Below are positions 12,435-26,262 of a stretch of 64,000 nucleotides of DNA, one piece after another. How positions within the stretch are numbered: the first letter of the stretch is position 1; every line of letters starts with the position of its first letter. The notes under the pieces are model-generated. The model had not been told where the DNA came from and did no database searches. It saw only the letters and a list, made by a program, of their open reading frames with translations. The position numbers and the translations under genes were made by a program. This DNA comes from Podarcis filfolensis (lineage: Eukaryota): NCBI GenBank assembly GCA_964270895.1, contig OZ185442.1. One strand, given 5' to 3'.

Positions 12435-14474
12435 GGGCTCTTAGATACGCCATAAGGGAAAGGGAGCAGTATTTTTTCTTATAACAAAAGAAACATATTG
12501 CATCTGTTTAATTTTCACCTCTGACTTTCCAGTTTGGGGATTTACCATCAAAAGACCAAATATGTACTGTGTGAAAAGTACACCTAATGCAGATCGAGCA
12601 ACCTTGCAGATGTTTTGTACTACAACTCCCATCAGCCCTAGCCAGCATATCATCAGGTTGTAGGTTGATGGGAGCAGTAGTTCAGACCATCTAGTGGGCA
12701 TCATGTTGGCAAAAGCTGAGGTGGATTTTAAATCTTAATTTAAAATGCTCCTGTTTGGCCAGGGCATCCTTATACAGCCTCTATCACTTGGTGACACCTA
12801 TTGTAAATGTAATCTCTGCTTATCACATATCTATTGAAACTTCCTATTCCTACCAAAATCAGCCTCTCTTCTCTTTCTAATGCACATGTTTCACTGTTGG
12901 CTTCCTGCACCATTTACAGAGCAACCAGACACACTGTCTGGGCTTTTGCCTAACTTCCTCCCCAAGCCACTTTGATTAACAGCAGAATTTGCAATTGCTT
13001 CGCAAATTGGCTCCGGCCGGTCACTCTCTCAGGGAGTGAAGGTTACTGGCAGTGTCTTCCAGCAGCTGTTGTTTATTTATTTATTTATTTATTTAGCTTT
13101 ATTTTGCTGCCATTTTTAAAGGCCATGGAGATGCAGGCCAAGGAATAATGCAAAGAGCACGTAGTTCTACTCCTCCACCACCACATAGGTGAATGTAAAG
13201 CTGGATTTAACAGCATTCCTCCCAGCATGCATGCATTATGCTATAACCTTGGAAAGAGGGAGCTTTCACAGGAGCTGAGACTGAATAACCTTAATGCTAA
13301 TTTGGGGGGAAACCCTGGATTAATCTTAACCTCTTCAGACTTTGCCATTTTATTAATTGGTGCTCCCAAGTGAAACTGGTAAGGATCTTCTCCTGTCTTA
13401 TCATTAAAAGTTAGTCAGTACAGTACTGAACCAAAGGTCAGTTGTAACATTACACCAGGTTAGAATAAAAGTAAAAAGTAAAAAGTTTGAAACATTTGTT
13501 CAACTGATAATTTGTAGCTTTCAGCTACACACAAAGCATAAGATAGAAGATGGGATTTCCTATGTGATTTGACGTCTGCTGGTAGAAACATTTAGCAGGA
13601 ATATATGTGCAAAGTTGGAAAGACCTTTAATTATCTGCTGAAACAGAATCAAGCTTTGTGCCTGGCACAAATGCACAGAAAGTAAGGTTGACCTGGGTAA
13701 TATTTTAAATGATTCGATCACTGTTATATTTCATTGCATGCCACTTAAAAACTACAGTGTTAAGCAGTATGGAAATTGTTGGAATAAATAACAAATAAAC
13801 TGAGGTTTTCATTTAAGTGATATAGAAACCATTTTAGGGACAGGGGGAAAACGCCAATATTCTTTCCACAACCTTTGAATCTGAAATAAACTTGAATCAT
13901 AAATAATATGATTTCCCCATTCTTGGGGCTACCTGGGAAACTCAACAAACCTACTGTACATGGAATTGCATGTGAAGAGTGTAGCTGGCTATTTAATGGG
14001 ACACAGCAGTGGCCAGCCTGAGGAATCTCCATCCACATTGGGCCTGCCCATTAAAAAGCAAGCCTAGGGTGATGTCATCGGCAACCCTTTTCTGCATGAG
14101 ACTTCTCTAGGAGAGCTGAGATTTTGCCTGGGCACTGGGTGAGAGTCAAGGTGAGTGGGTGGCATTCCAGGTGACAGCCAGGAGGCTGAGAGGTAGGGTA
14201 TGTCCAAATGTGAAAGAACTGATATCAGTTTATATTTATTAGTAATTTTGTATTAATATAACTTTTCATATGATAACTGTATATTTTTGTAATATGGAAC
14301 CCTTAATCTCAGTGTCATGGGTTTGAGCCCCACATTTGATGAAAGATTCCTACATTGCAAGGGGTTGGACTAGATGATCCTTGGGACCCCTTCCAACTCT
14401 ACAATTCTGATTCTATAACTTGCTGTACACCACTTAGAGATATTTTAAAATATATTAAGCAGTATGGAAATCGC

Positions 14475-14475
14475 A

Positions 14476-14523
<48 letters not shown>
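14475..14523. repeat. (AAAG)n microsatellite
   Basis: About 12 units. Confidence 0.97.
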
Positions 14524-14863
14524 ATTGTTTCTAGTGCATTTTATATTTATTGGTATTTTGGAATATGGCTTTCAGCAACATAATACACAATAGCTAACAC
14601 CAAGCTGCTGGTGTTTTGCTGGCTCTGAATGAAAAGCACTGCAAGATTCAAGCATGTCCTGGAAATTTAGTTCTGTGCAATTAAAGCCCTGTTGGATTAA
14701 AGCCCTCTTGCCACCCTAGTGCAACAAATCCACTTAAAAAAAGAAAACGAAACTGATTTTTTTGCTGCTAGGAAAGTGATGGGAAATGCTTTGAAAAGTG
14801 TGTGGTTAATGAACGATTAACAAGGAGATTTGTAAACGCCCTGCAAGCTAATAAGGAAGATTG

Positions 14864-14869
14864 TTTATT
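14864..14869 (-). terminator. Candidate polyadenylation signal of the DUSP22-like gene
   Basis: AATAAA on the minus strand about 590 nt past the stop; an ATTAAA at 15444-15449 is an alternative. Confidence 0.35.
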
Positions 14870-15458
14870 GTGGTATAAGCTCCCTGCAAAGAACTCAGAA
14901 TGTATACTCAATAAAGATTGGATATAACCTAAGCTCTGTGTAATCAGATTGAATGCTCAATAAACAGATTGTCTGGAGGACCTCAGAAATGAAAATGCCT
15001 GGACTCAAGCCAAAAGCCCTCCACGTCACTTGGGAAAGCACCCCCTGTACCAATGAGCCAGTCAACTTCCATCTGCTCATCATGCTAGATTCAATGTTGT
15101 TGTGTCTCAAATTTCTCTTCCTGGAAACCTCATCTTTGGCTCTAAACCATCATCTCACTTTCTCTCACTGACTTCAGAAAGCCCCCAATGGCTGTGCTAA
15201 TCCCAACTACCAGGGGCGCAACCCAAAGAGAGAGAACAGATGCTACCTAGCAAGGCCATACAACAAGCCTGTGGCAGAGGCGGGGGTGGGAAATAGAGTG
15301 AGTTTGACTCTGAACCACTGAGCAATGCCGATTGCACCCACAACATGTCCAAGATGCAGCTGATCTATTCACTCCTCACCGTGGGTCAGAATAACTAAGC
15401 TGTGTTCTCCTTAAAGAGATAACAGGCAGAGTTCTTCCAAGTCTTTAATGAGCTCTTG

Positions 15459-15671
15459 CTATCTATTCATCCACCGGCTGTGGCTGCAGCTGCTGTCATA
15501 GGTAGTATGTGGCTGAGAGCTAGTTTGGCTCGGGGCATTGATCCAGTTAGTTTCTCTGAGTCCACCTTGCTGCTGGTTTACTTTCTCTTCTTGCTGGGAA
15601 AGTAAGCACTGCAAGTCCTCTTGGTCACTGAGTGGGTTCTTGCCATACTCCTGCTGAATCCAGGCCCTGTA
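15459..15671 (-). CDS. dusp22a: DUSP22-like phosphatase, last coding exon (7/7)
   Basis: Acceptor TTGACAG| (AG 15673-15672); YRAWIQQEYGKNPLSDQEDLQCLLSQQEEK...SCSHSRWMNR*; 213 nt; stop TAG 15461-15459. Confidence 0.85.
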   Translation of the reverse strand, partial: YRAWIQQEYGKNPLSDQEDLQCLLSQQEEKVNQQQGGLRETNWINAPSQTSSQPHTTYDSSCSHSRWMNR

Positions 15672-17970
15672 CTGTCAAGACAAAATCCCGGAGAAGCTGC
15701 ATAAGAGATGAAGGATGAGCAAAGACAATGCAGGCAATGCAGGTAAAACCAGTGGGCACAGTGAAGCCTTTCCCAAGTTGGTGCTCTCCAGATGATTTGG
15801 ACTACAACTCCCATCAGCTTCTACTGGCTGGGGGCCAGTGGGAGTTGTAGTCTTAAGTGTCCAGTGGGCACCAGGATGAGGAAGACTGGCCTAACAGGTG
15901 TATGTCAGAAGCACCTGGCCTTATACAATTATGATGAAATGACAAGTGAATGCAGTAGTCTATTTTGCAAATGGATTCTCACTACATTGTTCAAATAGCC
16001 ACCTAAGTGGAGAGGATGTCATTGCCCACAGCAGTTTCTCTGGTTTGTATCCCCTGCCTTGTGTTATTATTAGTATCCTACTCAATATCTCCTCTTTCTC
16101 CCCTCCTCTCTTGTCTACTTGCTGTGCAAAAATATGACAATTAAAAAAAATTTTTTTTGAAAAAGCAGCAGCTGTGTTTTAAATGCAGAGTCATTGCTGT
16201 TTGGTTTTGAGCAAGACATTTGAGCTAGTTAAACAGGGGGGCAGGGAAATCACACCATGTGTGTTCAATTCAACTCAGAATAAAAGTTGCAGGAACTTAC
16301 CTAAAGCCATGTGAGTAAAGAATTAGGAAATAATGAATACATAACCCTTACAGCTGATTCCCCACGCTGGGAGGATCCCTTGTGAGCGCCACCTCCCACG
16401 CACAGCCATGCTAATGGTCCCCTGATCATTCATGTCCTTAAGTGGGCTACCCCCAGCCTATTGGGGGACTTCCAGTGGGATTTTTTTTAAAAGATTGCAT
16501 GTAATAATATATCTGCCCTCTGGGCCATGGAAATCTAATGCACAACTTTTATTCTTTTAATCAGGAAAGCATGCAATGTTTTGTTTCAAGGCGGAGGTGC
16601 AATGCTGTAGCTAGTCACACAGTAAAAAGGAAACTTGGTTTATTTCCTATCAAGGACTTGCAAGTAAACAATGTGATCCATAACCCCAAACTGCCACAAA
16701 GTAACCGATCCTGCATTCATGGCAAAAGTCAAGCGTCATTCTGCTTGGGTGGGTGGAGGACTCTGTTTTGCTTGCACCCTGCGTGAGACTTGGTTTTTTG
16801 TTTTACTAAGTCTTTGGCTTTCAGGGAAGTTGCCTGTTTTCTAGAGATACTTTTAATGTGTATTATTTGTTTGTTTGTTTCTTGAATAGGTGATGCTTTG
16901 CCTGCTTCTTGGTAGGTTCTGAGCTTTGCTAGTTTTTCTTCTGTGAAATGGGTATTTTGTGGTGCAACCACAACAATTCCTTAGATTTCCAAATGTGCCC
17001 CTGAACCCAAAAATGTTCAAGGACCTCTGCATGTTAAACTCTCTGCTTTCTCTGCAAAATAGGTTGTGGGCAGCATACCCATACTCAGTTACCCACTGAA
17101 AGCCATGGCCATTAATTTCAATGGCGACAACCCTAAGAAAGCCATATAGACAAGAGGGCTCTGCAAGTAGCTTGGGCTTCTGGCTCTCTTCCTGGATATC
17201 TGATAAGGGAGTGGTGGAAACAGTGGCTGTCTGCTGGAATGGTTAAGCTGTGTCTCCACCTACATGCAATCTGTGTACCTGTAAATATAATTCAAACATT
17301 GCAAAGCAGGGGGGAAAAAGTCACCAGGACCGGTAGCCTCCTTCCCAAGAAAACCAAACAAAGGGAAGCACCTGTCCCTAGAAATCTTCACAGTGAGGGT
17401 AAGCACAATGATATTGCTGTTTTTATTTCTCTTATCAGCTGCTGTGAACATGCTTGTCAGTTGGAAGCCAGCCTCAAAAAATATTTTAAATACATAAACT
17501 GCCAAATTGGTCATTGGAGGAAGAAGTCATGGCTGTATGTGCAGGTGCAGTGCTTTGGCAGGGTGTCAGAGTTGAGCTAGGAAAGAAATGGGCTTAGAAA
17601 AGCGAAGACTTGGGTGTGGCACACAATACTGCCATCAAGCACTTGATTGGCAAAGGTCTCAGTGCCAGTATGTCCTGCAGAGATAAGCTGGTTGGCTTTG
17701 CCCTGTGGAGCAGAACATCAGTCCTCCACACCCAAGTCTTGCAGTCTCTGCCCACAGATATAGCTGCAGCACAGAGTGACTTTCATTTAGAACTGAAAGT
17801 GAAAGTGGTTCTTGCCACTTTCTAGAGACAAGAGGAGCCCTGTTCAATCATATCAAAGGTCAGGGTTGCCACCTTTGGTCAGGTAAAATAAGGGACAGGT
17901 CGGGGGGGAATTGGGGGGCTAAAAATTACTTTACCTGGTGCAGAAGTGACTTCAAATCAATCCATTACAA

Positions 17971-18117
17971 CAGTGGCATAGCGTGGGGGGTGCAGGGGGG
18001 GCCGGCCGCACCGGGCGCAACATCTGGGGGTTAGGGTTAGGGGGCGCAAATCCACGGGTTAGGGGGCACAAATTACTTGCCTTGCCCCGGGTGCTGACAA
18101 CCCATGCTACGCCACTG
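17971..18117. mobile_element. hAT MITE containing TTAGGG motifs
   Basis: TIR CAGTGGCATAGC/GCTACGCCACTG; perfect 8-bp TSD CATTACAA (17963-17970, 18118-18125). Confidence 0.9.
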
Positions 18118-19666
18118 CATTACAATAGAATATGGGCTTTCCTCTCTCTCCTCCACTGGACCAGGCCCCTGCAAACTGCTTCTCTTGCTCTCCAACCCAC
18201 CACTGCTCCCCTGCCCACACAAAACCCGAGACTGCACTGTAGCAGACCTGTGCACTGCAGACCCCCTCTCTTGCTCTCTGCAACCCACCCTCTGCCTCCT
18301 GGTAGCCTACAAGCTGACTACAAAGGCAACCAGGGATGGACCCGTTACTATTTCTGCAGCAGGCAGGGTCCCTGTCTCCAGCATCCTATGGCTACCAAAT
18401 CAGCATAAAAGGGGAGCTTTTTAGCTACTGAGAAGTATTCTCATCCTTTGTGCTGATTGGTGCCACAGTGAAAGGAGGGGAGTCGGCCACTGAGGATTGG
18501 CTCCTAGGGTCACTCTGGAGATGGCGCTCAGGAAGAACAATGAGTTCTTCTGTATGTTCCAAAGCTTAAGTATTTAGGAGCACAGAAACCACGAGGTCCA
18601 AATCATTTGCCCGCACACGTGCACAGAAAATAGTAGATCTAGCTGAAATACAACACAGGGATCTGCATTGATTGTTTCAATGCATCCCTTATTAGTATTA
18701 TTGTATAATTATAAGATTGTTGCATAAACTTAGAAGGTTGTATAATGTGTATGACTATCATGAAGGGACCCTGCACAATTTACCACTACACCCCTTAGTG
18801 TGACAGGGATATGGTCTGGGGAGAGTTCCGAGGTCCAGATAGAGAGGCCACATTAGGCCCTCTGGCCTGAGGTTTCCCAGCCCTGCCCTTTCACATAGAA
18901 CAGATCTGCATTATGCCGCAAAACAAACAGTCGTAGAGTGAAAAGGGCCAGTTCATATCTTCAGCAACCAAACATCCTTCCTTGGGGAAATGTTCTGTTC
19001 TGCGAGGCGTCATGCCTGATGCCCAAGTCAGCTGAATTCATGGGGGATGCCCAAATCAGCTGAATTTGTGCCCTTTGGGGGAATGCCTGGCTCAAATAGT
19101 TTTTGCAAACTGTGGTACATTTTTCTCCGAAAGCCTTCTTGTGCAGCACCACCTCATCTTTCCACCCTCCTTCAGCCCACTCCTCAGCATGGGATATTCT
19201 CAGAATATCCTGGAGGTTCTTTATTTTAAAAGAAAGCAACAACTTTCTGAGAAGGGAAGTTAAAGCACAGGGCACTAGACCCATAAATGTTGGGAGTCAG
19301 GAGGAACCTGCGGACAGTCTCAGCTGTGAGACATGCTCACACTGGGTTTCCTTGGGGCACTGGGGGGAAAAACATTTGTTGCAAAGAAAAAGTACTTTCA
19401 CTTGCTGTCTCACTGTTCTTCAACAATCAGCTTAGGTCCAGGACACCTTCGAAGGATGGCTGTATTTTGGTACAAGTATTGTTCAGAAAATGTGAATTAG
19501 GGAGATTTGCCTATCAGTGCAAAGTGAATCTGATTCCTCTCTCATCACTGTGTGTGAGAGAGGAACAAGGAAAAAGCTAACTTTCAGCTATCTCTGAAGA
19601 CATGAGCCTGTAAATGTTGCTCTGAAGTGCCAACTGGGTTAGTAGACCAGAAGCATGAAGTCTTAC

Positions 19667-19838
19667 CTCCTTGAGCAGAGTGACTTCATACTCCTGAAGC
19701 TGTTCCTGGAAGCCAAAGTTGGGGCTCACATAAGAACGGACAGCTTTGGTGGCTGTCAGGCACTCTTCCCAGCCAAAGTTAGTGACCGTCATGAGATAGG
19801 CCACCAGGATGGTGGTGCTGCGAGACACTCCAGCTAAG
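19667..19838 (-). CDS. dusp22a: DUSP22-like phosphatase, coding exon 6 (second half of CX5R loop, AYLM motif)
   Basis: (C)LAGVSRSTTILVAYLMTVTNFGWEECLTATKAVRSYVSPNFGFQEQLQEYEVTLLKE; AG 19840-19839, GT 19666-19665; 172 nt. Confidence 0.95.
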
Positions 19839-20009
19839 CTGTTGAGCAGAAATAAAGGAGCAATGTTTTCAGTTAGGAACAGGAGTGAAGAAAACCCATG
19901 TTAGGATTGTGCAAGACCCCCAAGTCTTGCTCCCTCCACTCTTGGACATATTCCCAAGTTTGTACATGTACTACAGCATTCATGTATCATAGAATTCAAG
20001 ATGGACGCC

Positions 20010-20870
20010 CTCTTATCAAGTACCATTTTGCCACCTAAATGTTATGGAGGATAAGGCTATCAATGGCTGCTAAATACCACAGCTCTATTCTACCTCCTTT
20101 TTCAGAGACAGTATGCTGCTGAATACCAGTTACTGAGGATCACAAGTGGAGAGATTCTGCATGTATTCAGGTCCTGCATGTGGCCTTCCCATAGGCATCT
20201 GATAGACCACTATGGCAACAAGATGCTGGACTCAATGGACTTCTGGCCTAATCCAGCAGGGCTTTTCATATTTTCTTGACTTTATTATTAGCTTTCAAAA
20301 TCCTTGAGTCTTCATTTACGGTATTTATTTAGAGATTTCTAGCCCATGCGTCCAGTGCCTCCCTGTGTAATATGCAGAGTCACTTACAACAGTTTAAAGT
20401 TACTGTGTTTTGTTGTTGCTGTTTATTGCATTTACCAGTAACTTTATACCATTAAAAGTTTCAAAGTGACTTGACAAGCTAAAATATAACAGCAATGTAA
20501 AACTAGGAAAAATTAAAACCACCAACAATATAAAATATATAAAATGCTCATCCGGCAATGTATTAATAAGGACAAGTCCTATCCACCCCACTAAAAGATG
20601 AGCACCCCTGTAACAGGCAAAATTAATTAATCTAAGGGCTGGGTAAACAGTTAGGGCTTAGCCTGGTGCCTAAAGACTGACAAAAATGGTGCCAGGTACA
20701 TCTCCCTCAAGAGACGATTGCCCAGACAAGGGGCCATCACTTAAAAAGCCTGTTCTCATTACTTCTAATGGCAGTTTATTGTGGACTCTGTGCTACTCAG
20801 GCCTGCAAGCTTTTTTGCAGTGTCCATATGACATCATCCTCATCAAAATACCAAGCAATATTATTTCTTC
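20010..20870. mobile_element. CR1 3' fragment (+, about 20010-20270) followed by L2 3' fragment (-, about 20320-20870)
   Basis: CR1 'ttatggaggataaggctatcaatggct...atccagcagggct' end; L2 reverse tail 'atttatttagagatttctagccc...acttacaacag'. Confidence 0.55.
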
Positions 20871-23531
20871 ATTTACCTTTTCTGCCAGAAATTTGGTAAG
20901 TTAGAAAAAGAATACTCCAGAAAGGGTAAATCCAGATGAAATGGAAGGGGAGGATATGGGATGGCCTTATGATGGGTGCACTGTTGTGTGGATGTTGCAA
21001 AAAATGGACTCCACCATGAACTGCCATGTGACAGAACCCACAGCATCAACAACATAGATTTACAATGCCATAAAGGCAGAGGTCACAGATTAAACATTTT
21101 TTTTATTTGATTAATTTTATGACTCACTTCCCATGGAGCATATCAAAGCAATTTCAGAATTATTAGTAGTAGTGGTATTAATTTCCCGACTCGCCCTTCA
21201 CTTTCAGGTGCCAGGGCAGGTTGCAACAATTTAAAAATCAGCATTGAAAACAGTTAAAACAAATGGCAGTCACAGGGTGGGTCCTAACATATTGTTAAAA
21301 CAAGGGCATTAAATATATATATATATTAAATATATATATATATGGAAAAACCATTACATGTATAAAAACTTGACATGATCTTAGTGTGACTCTTGGCTAT
21401 CAAAATGAGAGACAAGCAGGGAGAAAAGGCTTTGAAATGATGGACATGGTTGATGACAGATGCTGGGAGTGGATTTGACAGTGAGAGTGGAGTGGCTCAT
21501 CGCCCTTTTGAAGCCTCTGCTTGGCTAATGAAGCCATTGGCTAGGATCCAAAGAATGGGGCAAAATGAAGGAGGCAGAATAGAAGAGTGTGTCTAGTAGG
21601 CAGCGGGTATCTTCACGCTCCAGCCCCACCTTCTGCAGATGGTTTCTGCACAATCCACATGATACATTGACTGACTTGTAAAATCTAAATAAATTTGCTG
21701 CAGCTTGCATAAGGAATCCTTTGGGGGGGGGGTAGCTAAAAGCTGCAACAGCATGCCAAACTAATCCTTCAGTGCTAGCTGAACGGAACAAAAGCAAGAC
21801 CTGCTTCTTTAGCTCAAGCCATTGGTGCTTTCAGAATTCCAACGATAACATCCAGCTTTGGGGGAAAGCAAAAGGTTGTTGACAGTGCAATCCTATCCAT
21901 GTCCACTTAAAGTAAAAGTATGCTCACTTTACCATCTTAGAGCTCAACAAAGTTGTTCCCTGTCCCCCAGGCATTTCACACCTCTTCCCTCCCCCCTTAC
22001 AAGGGTTCACATCAGCACCAGCTTCAATTCATCTGTTTGTGTGCACACCAGGGAGCATTGACAGAGCAAAGATGTCTTTACCTCATGGCAAGAAATGAAC
22101 TAGGAACAGCTTAAGGACTGCAGTCAGCGAGTCGCTTGTTTGAGAAACTACAGTGCCAAACAGTAGTACCATAGAACAAGAGATACATATGCATTTTGGA
22201 TAATGTTGTGTGAGCATGGATTAAAAACCCAGCACTGGAATCACGTAAGTGCACAGCAAACAGGAGTATAAACACAGCCCAGGGATGCTTCCAGGCTGTT
22301 GCTATTTTCTGGTGGGACTGAATCACATATCAGCAAATTCAGGTTGTGCAAGGGAAGTTTATTTGGAGCTTCCGCACAACAAATCAGCCCCCCTAAAAAA
22401 AATAAGACTCTTTGCAATAAGGAATAGGAAGATGCACAGAAAAGTGTGGGATAATGTTTCCTTGATGCAACAACATCTGACCTCCCCACAAACTAATCCG
22501 AATGGACTCTCAGTGACTACCGGGTGTCACCTAACCTCCCTGCAAACTTTGTACAAACAAATCAAGCTGAATGCTCAATAAATTTGTCACCTGGAAGTGG
22601 TTGAAGTCCCGCTACATTCAATACTGCTTCCTTCCGAGTATACATAGATAGGATTGCAGCCTTTATTTTTCTCCTATCTCAGCCTATATTAAACTCTAGC
22701 AAATTTGCGTGACCTAAATGTATGTATATCAATCAATCTCTTTATAATGATCAATGACCAGTATTCAAAAAATACAAATTTATAAAATAAAACAAAACCA
22801 TACAAAATAGAGAACCATAACAATAAAATTACTAGTAAATGTACTGTACTGTAGAACACCAGGAACAGAATTGTGAGTTTGCTAAAATTCATCCCTGGTA
22901 GGTATTTAGCCATCCTGGAAGAGGTGGATGCCTTGTGATCTGGAAGCATAAAATGCATCCAAATGTCCTTGGAATTTCTAGTAAAAATGTTAGGTATATC
23001 ATGAGGAGAAGAGCAATACATAAGAGCATGAGTTGTTGAATCTTCCTCTCCTGATTCACAGGGACATTTACGTTGACATTAGGGAATTATTTGAAACCTC
23101 CCCTCCAAAACAGCTAGTATAACAGCATTTAAATGCACCAGAGTGAAGGCTCTGTGGTGTTTTGGAACAGAGAGCAGATAAAGATGGCTGAAGTGCTCTG
23201 TCAATTAAAATGTTATTTGAGGTTAAACCTAGATCATTTTGGCATTCAGCATCTGCAATGTGTTGCCTGAGTATTGTTCAGGCCATTTCATTTCCCATGA
23301 AGATAAGATAACTCATGGAAAAACCCATAACGCTGCCACTTTTCAGACAACGATTGTTTCAAGCCTGAATGAAAATCATCCTGCAAGGTTAAGGGAGCCA
23401 GATCAGTCGAGTATGTATGTATAGCCTAGGAATGACTGCCAGCAGGTTTCCAGAGATATATAAATGTCTGTATACATATATTATAGTGTGCTCCCCATCC
23501 TGAAAAGGAAAGACAGAGAAAAGCAGCTCAC

Positions 23532-23606
23532 CAATGAATGAGACATCCTCCTCCGTGTAGCCGACATTCATGAATAAACTTGATGCACTCCTTGAAGTGT
23601 TGTATC
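23532..23606 (-). CDS. dusp22a: DUSP22-like phosphatase, coding exon 5
   Basis: (L)IQHFKECIKFIHECRLHGGGCLIH(C); 75 nt; CAG acceptor, GTGAGC donor. Confidence 0.95.
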
Positions 23607-24874
23607 CTGAGAGCAAAGAAGAAAAATTAGGAATTGTTTGCCCTGAACTAGAGATGAAGGTGAAATTTGATTCAGCATGAGAACCAAATCACAGCTATCC
23701 TTCAAAAAGTGTTACTCATCCAAAATTTTGTGATGCAGTTCTCCAATGGAATAATGTTTACAAAAATGCATATATTAGGGGAAAGGGTGCAAATAAATGA
23801 AGGTATTAATGAAAATACCATACAAAGATGCATTAAATTAGGGGAAATTGCTCACCGAAATGTGGGAATGAGTAAAAACTGCATGTAAAAATGTGTTTAT
23901 TAGCAGAAATTTGCTTTGACGTGCTTTATATTGTGTGTTTTATATTGTAAACTGCCCTGTGATCTTCAGATGAAGGGCAGCATAGAAATTTAATAAATAA
24001 AATATAAATAAATAAACTGTCAGCACCCTAACAAACAACAGTTCCCAGGATACTTTGGAGGAAAATGTAAGTGTTTAAATTGATATGATACTTCTTTAAA
24101 TTTATGGTGTAGATTTGGTCTAGGACTCAGGGTCATCCAACTGAGTAGATCTTAAACAAACTAAATGAAGTCCTTCATCACACAATGCATTATTATTAAT
24201 TCACGAACTCACTACCACTTGATGTGATGGTGGAAATTGACTTCATATTGTCAGTATGTTGCAGGACAGATTGAAAGTGACAAGGAAATGCACTGGAAAG
24301 TATGGAATGAATGAATGACTAATGGGAAGGTGTAACAACACCCCTCAAACAAATCAAGATGAACGTTCATTGCCGTATAACCGCCCTGCAAACATATCAG
24401 AATGTATGCTCATTAAAGACCAGACCAAATCTAAACTCTGCATTAGCTTTGTGCAAGCCACTCAGGAAGAATGCTGAATAAACTGGTCATCTGGAGAACT
24501 TAGATGGCTTTCAAATGGAAATAGACAATTTCATGGAGGAGATGAGCTTATCAGTGGCTCATAGGTGTGCTGGTAGCTAAATAGAACCTAGAGAAGGGCA
24601 GTATAGCTGTGAATGCCAAACGCAATTGCAGGAGAGGCTTGTAGGCTTTCCAGAGGCATCTGGTTGGTGAAAAGGTGGCTGCTGGAATAGATGGATTGAT
24701 GGTCGGATGAAGAAAGGAAGTGCTGTAGCTCAGTAGCAGAGCACATGAGTAGCCTGCAGAAGATCCCAGGTTTAATCCCAGCATCTCCAGGTTTTAGACC
24801 CCTGTCTGAAACCTTGGAGAGCCACCGCCAGTCTGACTCAGTATAAGACAGAATTAGGCAGTATAAGACTCAGT

Positions 24875-25235
24875 CCCCAATGACGTGCTCTATGGGGAAC
24901 TGACTTCAGGCTCCAGGCACATTGACAGACCAACTCTATGTTACAAAGATGTCTGCAAATGTGACATGAAGGCTGGCAACATCAACCCTGCCCTGTGAGA
25001 ATCCCTTGCAGTGCCTGGAGACAGACAGACAGGTCGTGTATCCATAGCAGTGACCAGACGAGGAATGACTGTGAGGAGCTCAGGGAGAAGAAATGCCATG
25101 GTGCATCTGCAGCAGCACAATTAAATGCCTTTGTCTGCCCCAGATGCAACAAAACATGTCTGTCCTGTATCAGTCTCTACAGCCACAGCAGGCAGTACAC
25201 TCCTCCATTGTCTACCGAGACAATGCCAACATGTA
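24875..25235 (+). mobile_element. RTE-clade LINE ORF C-terminal fragment, disrupted
   Basis: Translates PNDVLYGELTSGSRHIDRPTLCYKDVCKCDMK...FVCPRCNKTCLSCISLYSHSR, matching the RTE 'LYGEL..G.R..GRP...YKD..K.D' motif and terminal Cys/His finger; contains a stop and frameshift. Confidence 0.75.
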
Positions 25236-26262
25236 TAAGGCATCTGTGCAAGCCTGCACCCTCCTAAGTCTGCACACAAGGGGCACAAGATCACTGCATC
25301 ACATCACTGAGAGTTATCCACACCTACAGTCAGATCTGTGCACGTTCCTGCCCCTCCCCCTTCCCTTTCACCCTTTAGTGCCACTCCTTTGATGCTGGCA
25401 AAGGAACTGACAGCACCTCCTTTGACCTTCACTTACGAAAAGGAAATGAAAGAAAAATGAAACCAAACAAAGGTGTGGGCAGCGCCAGAAGCAATGCCAG
25501 TAAAGAGGCACTTAACACTGTACGTGGCAGTCAGATTTCCTGCTTGATGATAAGCCTGGTAAACTTGAGGCATGCTGAGAAAAAGGAGACTCATCCCAGG
25601 TCCTTGACACCTCAACAAAAGGTGTTTCCATTCACAGAAATAACATTCAGGTACTGTAAAATCCCCTTCTCGATTTCTTCACTCTGGCCTGATGAGAAGT
25701 GGATGACGAGGTAATGAATCCTCTCAATTTGGTAATCTATTTTTAGATCCTGAGTGCAGAATTGTTTATTTAAAAGTCAAAATAGAATTGTTGTTGCTGC
25801 TGCCAGTGGTGTAGTGTGGGGGAGCCATGGGGCAGTTGTCCCGCACACAACATTGCCAGGGGTGCAAAATTTCAATACCCATTGCTGCCTCAATACAGCT
25901 GCCCACTTTCGTCCCTGGGCTCCATTGAAAACGGCTTCTCCATGAGAATCAGAAAGTGACCTTTCCATACAACAGAGTGACTCTTCTTTTCTTATCTCTG
26001 AGGATGCAATATCCTGGATGATGTTGACACCATTAGGCAGTTGAATGCGCATGCGTACTCTGTCCATTTCCCTCCCTCCTACCCACCCCCTACCCACAGC
26101 CTCGGGAGCTGGCTACTCACACTACACCACTCGTTGCTGCTGTTCTTGTTGTTGTAATAATAATAAATTTTCTTCTCTGCAGGATGCACACACTTTTTAT
26201 TTCAGGAATTTTAAGTGAGTTTTTCTGATGAGATGGACAGTTTTAACTGATCTTAAGATATA

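Noticed and set aside
14475-14523. (GAAA)n as a multimerised IRF/ISRE element near IRF8
   Set aside because: The 4-bp period does not match the 6-bp GAAANNGAAA spacing, and this microsatellite is very common in lizards.
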